DNA of 64,000 nucleotides from Candidatus Woesearchaeota archaeon (GTDB taxonomy: Archaea; Nanobdellota; Nanobdellia; Woesearchaeales; SKIA01), in NCBI GenBank assembly GCA_046704725.1, contig JBJKRI010000004.1, forward strand, positions 1 through 64,000, read 5' to 3'. This document shows positions 60,020 to 64,000 of this stretch, in pieces. Numbering within the stretch: the stretch's first letter is position 1; each line of letters begins with the position of its first letter. Under the pieces are notes generated by a model that worked only from the letters and a program-made list of their open reading frames with translations, was not told where the DNA came from and searched no databases. The translations under genes were made by a program, and so were the position numbers.

Positions 60020-60976
60020 GTGCTCACCGACACGATAGACCCGATCATCACGACGATACCTGCCTTCACGCTCGCGAGCGCGTGGATACTCTTCGGGGGC
60101 CTTCTCATCGCGCTCATCGGCGGAGCGCTCGCCTGGCGCCGGCACAAGAAACCGCAGGACGCCACCACCCTCTGGATCGGGGCCGTCATCGCGCTCATCG
60201 GCGTGTTCTTGTACCTGACGGGAAGAAGCAGCGTCGCGATCGGACCCATCAGCCTGCGCTGGTACGGCGTGGTCTACGTCCTCGGATTCATTGGCGGCTA
60301 CTGGGCCTTCAGAAAGCTCGCAGGACTCACCGCGGACGAGGCCGACAGCCTCACGCTGTGGGCGATGATCGGACTGCTCATCGGGGCGCGCACGTTCTTC
60401 TTCGCTTTCTACAGGCCGGACCTGTTCAGTCCCGCAGAGTTCTTCGCGGTCTGGCACGGGGGGATGAGCTTCCACGGAGCGCTCCTGGGCATCACCGTGG
60501 CGGGCTGGCTGTGGGCGCGGCACTACAAGAAACGGTTCTGGCGGATAGCAGATGTGGGTGCGGTGCTCGTCTCATTCTTCCTCGCGCTCGGACGCCTCGC
60601 GAACTTCGCGAACAGCGAGATCGTGGGAACCGTGACGAACGTTCCGTGGTGCGTGCACTTCCCGCACGCGGCCCCGCCGGGGAACGTCGGCTGCAGGCAT
60701 CCAGTGCAATTGTACGCGGCGTTCAAGGACCTCTTGACAGGCTCGGGGATGCTATTGCTCTACAAAAAGGGCGGCTTCGCCGACGGGTTCCTGTTCTGGC
60801 TGTTCGCGGCGATCTACGGCGTGCTGCGCTTTGTCATCAACATCTGGCGTGCGGACCCCGTCATTGCGTTCGGCTGGCTGAAGATGGGGCAGATCCTATC
60901 GGTCGCGCTCCTGCTGATAGCGGTCCCCGTGCTGCTCAAGCGATACAGGAAAGACCTGCAGAAGATATTTAAGTGA
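60020..60976 (+). CDS. lgt: Prolipoprotein diacylglyceryl transferase
   Basis: RWYG, GAR, GGMSFHG, GRLANFANSE..G, HPVQLY, Y...RF. Confidence 0.92.
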   Translation: MLTDTIDPIITTIPAFTLASAWILFGGLLIALIGGALAWRRHKKPQDATTLWIGAVIALIGVFLYLTGRSSVAIGPISLRWYGVVYVLGFIGGYWAFRKLAGLTADEADSLTLWAMIGLLIGARTFFFAFYRPDLFSPAEFFAVWHGGMSFHGALLGITVAGWLWARHYKKRFWRIADVGAVLVSFFLALGRLANFANSEIVGTVTNVPWCVHFPHAAPPGNVGCRHPVQLYAAFKDLLTGSGMLLLYKKGGFADGFLFWLFAAIYGVLRFVINIWRADPVIAFGWLKMGQILSVALLLIAVPVLLKRYRKDLQKIFK

Positions 60977-60992
60977 AGATGCCGCGGACACG

Positions 60993-61631
60993 ATGATGGA
61001 ACCGCTGGTCATAGTCAACTTCAAGACGTACAAGAAAGCTACAGGACAAGCCGCGGTGTCATTGACCCAGGCATGCGCAGAATCAGGAGCGCAAGTCGCT
61101 GTCCAGGCCGTCGACATCCAGGCGTGCGCCGCGACAGGAGCGCAGGTCTGGGCGCAGCACGTGGATTCGGCAGGGTACGGATCGCACACCGGAGCGGTCA
61201 TTGTAGAAGCTGTCAAGGCCGCAGGAGCGATCGGCACATTGCTCAACCACAGCGAGCATCGTCTCGACGACCCAACCATCGGCGAGACGGTGAAGCGATG
61301 CAAAGAGCTCGGCCTGAAGACCGTCGTGTGCGCGGCGAGCGTGGAGGAGGCAGAACGTTACAAGGCCTTCGCGCCAGACTATATCGCTGTCGAGATCCCT
61401 GCACTCATCGGCGGGGATGTGAGCATCATGAACGCCGAGCCGGGCATCGTCAAGCGCGCGGTTGAACAGCTCGGAAGCAACGTGCTCGTGGGAGCCGGCG
61501 TCTCCTCGGGGGATGACCTCAAGACCGCTATGGACGAGGGCGCTGCGGGCGTCCTGTTGGCGAGCGCGATCGCGAAGAAGGCGGACGACCCCAAGGCCGC
61601 GCTGCGCGAGCTCTACTCCAAACTCACGTAG
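60993..61631 (+). CDS. tpiA: Triosephosphate isomerase (archaeal type)
   Basis: VNFKTY, AQHVD, GSHTG, NHSE, GAGV. Confidence 0.94.
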   Translation: MMEPLVIVNFKTYKKATGQAAVSLTQACAESGAQVAVQAVDIQACAATGAQVWAQHVDSAGYGSHTGAVIVEAVKAAGAIGTLLNHSEHRLDDPTIGETVKRCKELGLKTVVCAASVEEAERYKAFAPDYIAVEIPALIGGDVSIMNAEPGIVKRAVEQLGSNVLVGAGVSSGDDLKTAMDEGAAGVLLASAIAKKADDPKAALRELYSKLT

Positions 61632-62152
61632 AGGTGCTGGACCCCGTAGACCGTCGAGGTCCCTTCATCGACCGTGACCGTGTAGATGAACTGCTTGGCA
61701 TCGATGTTCGTCGGAGGCGTGATGAGCACTGATTCGTACTTCGTCTGGCCCGGCTTGATATCGAGCGTGTCGGTGAAGTACTGTATCTGTCCGTTGCCCT
61801 CCTGTTTCGGATTGGCAGCAATAACATTGATCTTGAAACTGTTCATAGAAGCCCCGGTGTTCTTGATGCCGATGGCGAACATCGCTGTCTTCTGCGAGGA
61901 CCCCCCGCACAGGGGGCTTCCCGTCATCTTCGCGGTCTTGCTGTTGTCCGCGACGACGACGCGGCCGCCGCCCGCGAGGAGACGGTCGATCTGGTTCTGC
62001 GTCTGGGAATCGACGGTGTTCGAGTAATGCACTGCCGCGCACAACGCCTTGTAGGTGAGCGTGAAGGCCATACCGAGGATGACAATCGCGACGAGGAGGA
62101 TGACGACGGTGCTGGCCGCGAGCTCGATGCCGCGCTTATTTAGTGATCTCAT
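61613..62152 (-). CDS. Pilin-like protein with class III signal peptide
   Basis: NKRG|IELAASTVVILLVAIVILG. Confidence 0.72.
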   Translation of the reverse strand: MRSLNKRGIELAASTVVILLVAIVILGMAFTLTYKALCAAVHYSNTVDSQTQNQIDRLLAGGGRVVVADNSKTAKMTGSPLCGGSSQKTAMFAIGIKNTGASMNSFKINVIAANPKQEGNGQIQYFTDTLDIKPGQTKYESVLITPPTNIDAKQFIYTVTVDEGTSTVYGVQHLYVSLE

Positions 62153-62360
62153 ACTCCCGGATGAGGATGCTCATGAAGAGCAGCAGGACGAAGGCACCGC
62201 CGACCATGATCCAAAAGCCGTAGGTGAGGTTGCTGTTGTGGATGATGATGTACAAGCCGTAGAGCAGGATAATAAGGCCCGCCCACAAGAACTTGTCCAA
62301 TACGAGCTTCAGGATATCGAACTCCTCTTGCCGCGTGAGTTTCTTCTTGTTCTTCGCCAT
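62136..62360 (-). CDS. Small 2-TM membrane protein
   Basis: LTRQEEFDILKLVLDKFLW...LIREYE. Confidence 0.7.
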   Translation of the reverse strand: MAKNKKKLTRQEEFDILKLVLDKFLWAGLIILLYGLYIIIHNSNLTYGFWIMVGGAFVLLLFMSILIREYEITK

Positions 62361-62902
62361 TATTGGTTCACCGTCAGGCTGAATTCCGCAGGAGATATCT
62401 CGCTGATCGCCTGTGGAGTGGAACCACCGCCTGTGACGCCCATCGCCACGATCCGGCACAAGTAGGTCGAACTCACGGCGTTCTTGTTGATCATGAACAC
62501 GTACGTGAAGACGTTCGAATCGCCCGGCTTGAGCGTCTTGCTGAAGTACTGTTGGCTCTTATCGGCGATGGGATTCGTACCGCTGGCAGGGTCGTTCTTG
62601 CATTCAATCGCCGGATACGCTCCAGTGATAGTTGTCGAGGGCGTGTTGTCGAGGATTCCAATCTTCATACCGATGTAATCGCCGCGCGAGCCCGATTCCG
62701 CGGTGCGCGACAGCGTGATGGGAGTTCCCTGCGAGGGCGCCGGCGGATTGGGCTCGTTCGAATCGATCGAGTTGAAGAACTTCTGCTCGACGGAATTGAA
62801 CGCGCGCGTCACAAGACCGATGATGAGGCCGAGCATGATGACCGCGATGATGAGCACGACGATCGCGTTGGTCGAGATGGATAATGAAGCGCGTCGTTGC
62901 AT
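62360..62902 (-). CDS. Pilin-like protein with class III signal peptide
   Basis: MQRRA|SLSISTNAIVVLIIAVIMLG. Confidence 0.72.
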   Translation of the reverse strand: MQRRASLSISTNAIVVLIIAVIMLGLIIGLVTRAFNSVEQKFFNSIDSNEPNPPAPSQGTPITLSRTAESGSRGDYIGMKIGILDNTPSTTITGAYPAIECKNDPASGTNPIADKSQQYFSKTLKPGDSNVFTYVFMINKNAVSSTYLCRIVAMGVTGGGSTPQAISEISPAEFSLTVNQ

Positions 62903-62959
62903 GACACGCGTTCTCCAATAAAGAGCTTTATAAAACTTTCTCGCTCTGCGAGAGTGATT

Positions 62960-63424
62960 CTATTCGGAATCCTGCGCCGCAGGCTTTTCCTCGGCCTGAC
63001 GAGCCGTCTTCTCCGAAGCATCCTTGTCGCTCTTGGAAGCCTCGTCAGCCTTCTGGGCTTTCTTATCCTCGGCAGGAGCTTCGTCAGTTTTCTTGGCCTT
63101 CTTCGCTTCCTTCTTGGCCTTCTTGTCGTCCTTGGCAGCCTCCTCGGCAGCGATCTCGGACGGGAGCTGCTCGCCCTCGAGCACAGCATGCACGACGCCA
63201 TCCTCGTCCTTCTCGGTGACGACAGTCACGCGAGCGGGCGGCTTTCGCGAACCGCGTTCCCAGAGCAGCTCGTTGATGGACGGACCGATACGGACATCAT
63301 CTCCTTTCATGTGCTTGGACAGGAAACTGCGCACGGACGAAACCGCCTTCTTCGTGCGCTGGTGACGCTGCGAGCGCTGGAAGGAGCGTCGGAGCGGAAT
63401 CGTGTAGGTGCGCTTATCGGCCAT
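62960..63424 (-). CDS. rpl31e: 50S ribosomal protein L31e with charged C-terminal tail
   Basis: YTIPLR, RTKKAV, KHMK, INELLWERG. Confidence 0.94.
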   Translation of the reverse strand: MADKRTYTIPLRRSFQRSQRHQRTKKAVSSVRSFLSKHMKGDDVRIGPSINELLWERGSRKPPARVTVVTEKDEDGVVHAVLEGEQLPSEIAAEEAAKDDKKAKKEAKKAKKTDEAPAEDKKAQKADEASKSDKDASEKTARQAEEKPAAQDSE

Positions 63425-63428
63425 GGTC

Positions 63429-63599
63429 CTATACCTTCAGGCGCGATCGGCGCCAGTGACGCTTGGTGTGCGTGTGGCGGCCGGGATGAACATTGTAGCG
63501 GCCGTACTTCTTCGAGACGGTCCAGAACGGAGCCCAGACGGTCTGCGTGTTTCGCTTGGCGAGGCGTCGCTTGACCGCCGGGTGCTTGTTGCGGGTCAT
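63429..63599 (-). CDS. rpl39e: 50S ribosomal protein L39e
   Basis: Manual translation [15 protein letters not shown]...APFW...[11 protein letters not shown]; lies between rps19e and rpl31e. Confidence 0.9.
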   Translation of the reverse strand: MTRNKHPAVKRRLAKRNTQTVWAPFWTVSKKYGRYNVHPGRHTHTKRHWRRSRLKV

Positions 63600-64000
63600 G
63601 CTGTCACCCCGATGACAGCCTTGTCCAGAAGAGACTCGCCCTTCGGCGTGAGGACACGGCCCTTATGGCCCTCGACCTCGGCCTGCTTGACCAGGCCGGC
63701 GGCCTCGAGCTGCTGGAGCGCCGTGCGGATCACGCTGCCGGAGCCCTTGGCGAAAGCGTCGGGCTTGTGGCCGCGGTTCTTGCGCCCGCCGTAGAGCACG
63801 CGGAGCTTGTTGGTCCCGATAGGACCGCGCAGAGCGACCTTGCGGAGCACGGCGGCGCAGCGCACATACCACCAGTCAGGCTGCATGGGCGCGCGCTCCT
63901 TGTGCATGCCCGTCTTGACATAGGACGCCCACACTGGAGGCTGCACTTGCTCAAGCTGCTTGAGCTCTTGCGCAACGCGCATGATGAGCGCCTCTGGAGC
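63596..64000 (-). CDS. rps19e: 30S ribosomal protein S19e (5' truncated by window)
   Basis: [37 protein letters not shown]. Confidence 0.95.
   Translation of the reverse strand, partial: APEALIMRVAQELKQLEQVQPPVWASYVKTGMHKERAPMQPDWWYVRCAAVLRKVALRGPIGTNKLRVLYGGRKNRGHKPDAFAKGSGSVIRTALQQLEAAGLVKQAEVEGHKGRVLTPKGESLLDKAVIGVTA

Noticed and set aside
59648-60523. Apparent 290-aa N-terminal extension of IleRS in the ORF track
   Set aside because: It is antisense to lgt and the Zn-finger gene; the real start is ATG 59647 with TTTTAAA upstream
189-60972. Many long overlapping Arg/Ala-rich ORFs (e.g. 191-2110, 5283-7268, 32847-34571, 57617-59995)
   Set aside because: Shadow frames of high-GC coding genes with no motifs; only their terminal parts are sometimes real genes

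Overview
GC-rich archaeal chromosomal segment. The ribosomal proteins (S17e, S19e, L31e, L35ae, L39e), Alba, Rpo11, Cbf5, archaeal-type ProRS and TPI, and TATA-type promoters all point to Archaea. The mix with bacterial-type GroES/GroEL, DnaK-GrpE-DnaJ, Lgt and LemA/HtpX, plus several lineage-typical hypotheticals, suggests DPANN/Woesearchaeales (inference). Most of the window is housekeeping and surface-protein genes. Highlights read directly from the sequence: (1) a 17-bp palindromic motif, GTYGW-N7-TCRAC, just downstream of the TATA boxes of grpE-dnaK, groES-groEL and a divergent wHTH regulator, suggesting a candidate heat-shock regulon; (2) a tRNA-mimic structured RNA candidate (acceptor stem and T-arm, non-tRNA interior) divergent from tRNA-Arg and upstream of a 2H phosphoesterase; (3) xerA with a nearby dif-like 28-mer and a matching half-site directly in front of its own start codon; (4) a membrane-anchored RlpA-type lytic transglycosylase in an archaeon; (5) Lgt together with lipobox proteins; (6) a HemK-kinase-MGMT triple fusion, a stand-alone Hel308 N-terminal domain, and a cluster of unexplained membrane/coiled-coil/Ig-fold proteins. 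No CRISPR array or rRNA was seen. All family calls come from motif recognition by eye; no searches were run.
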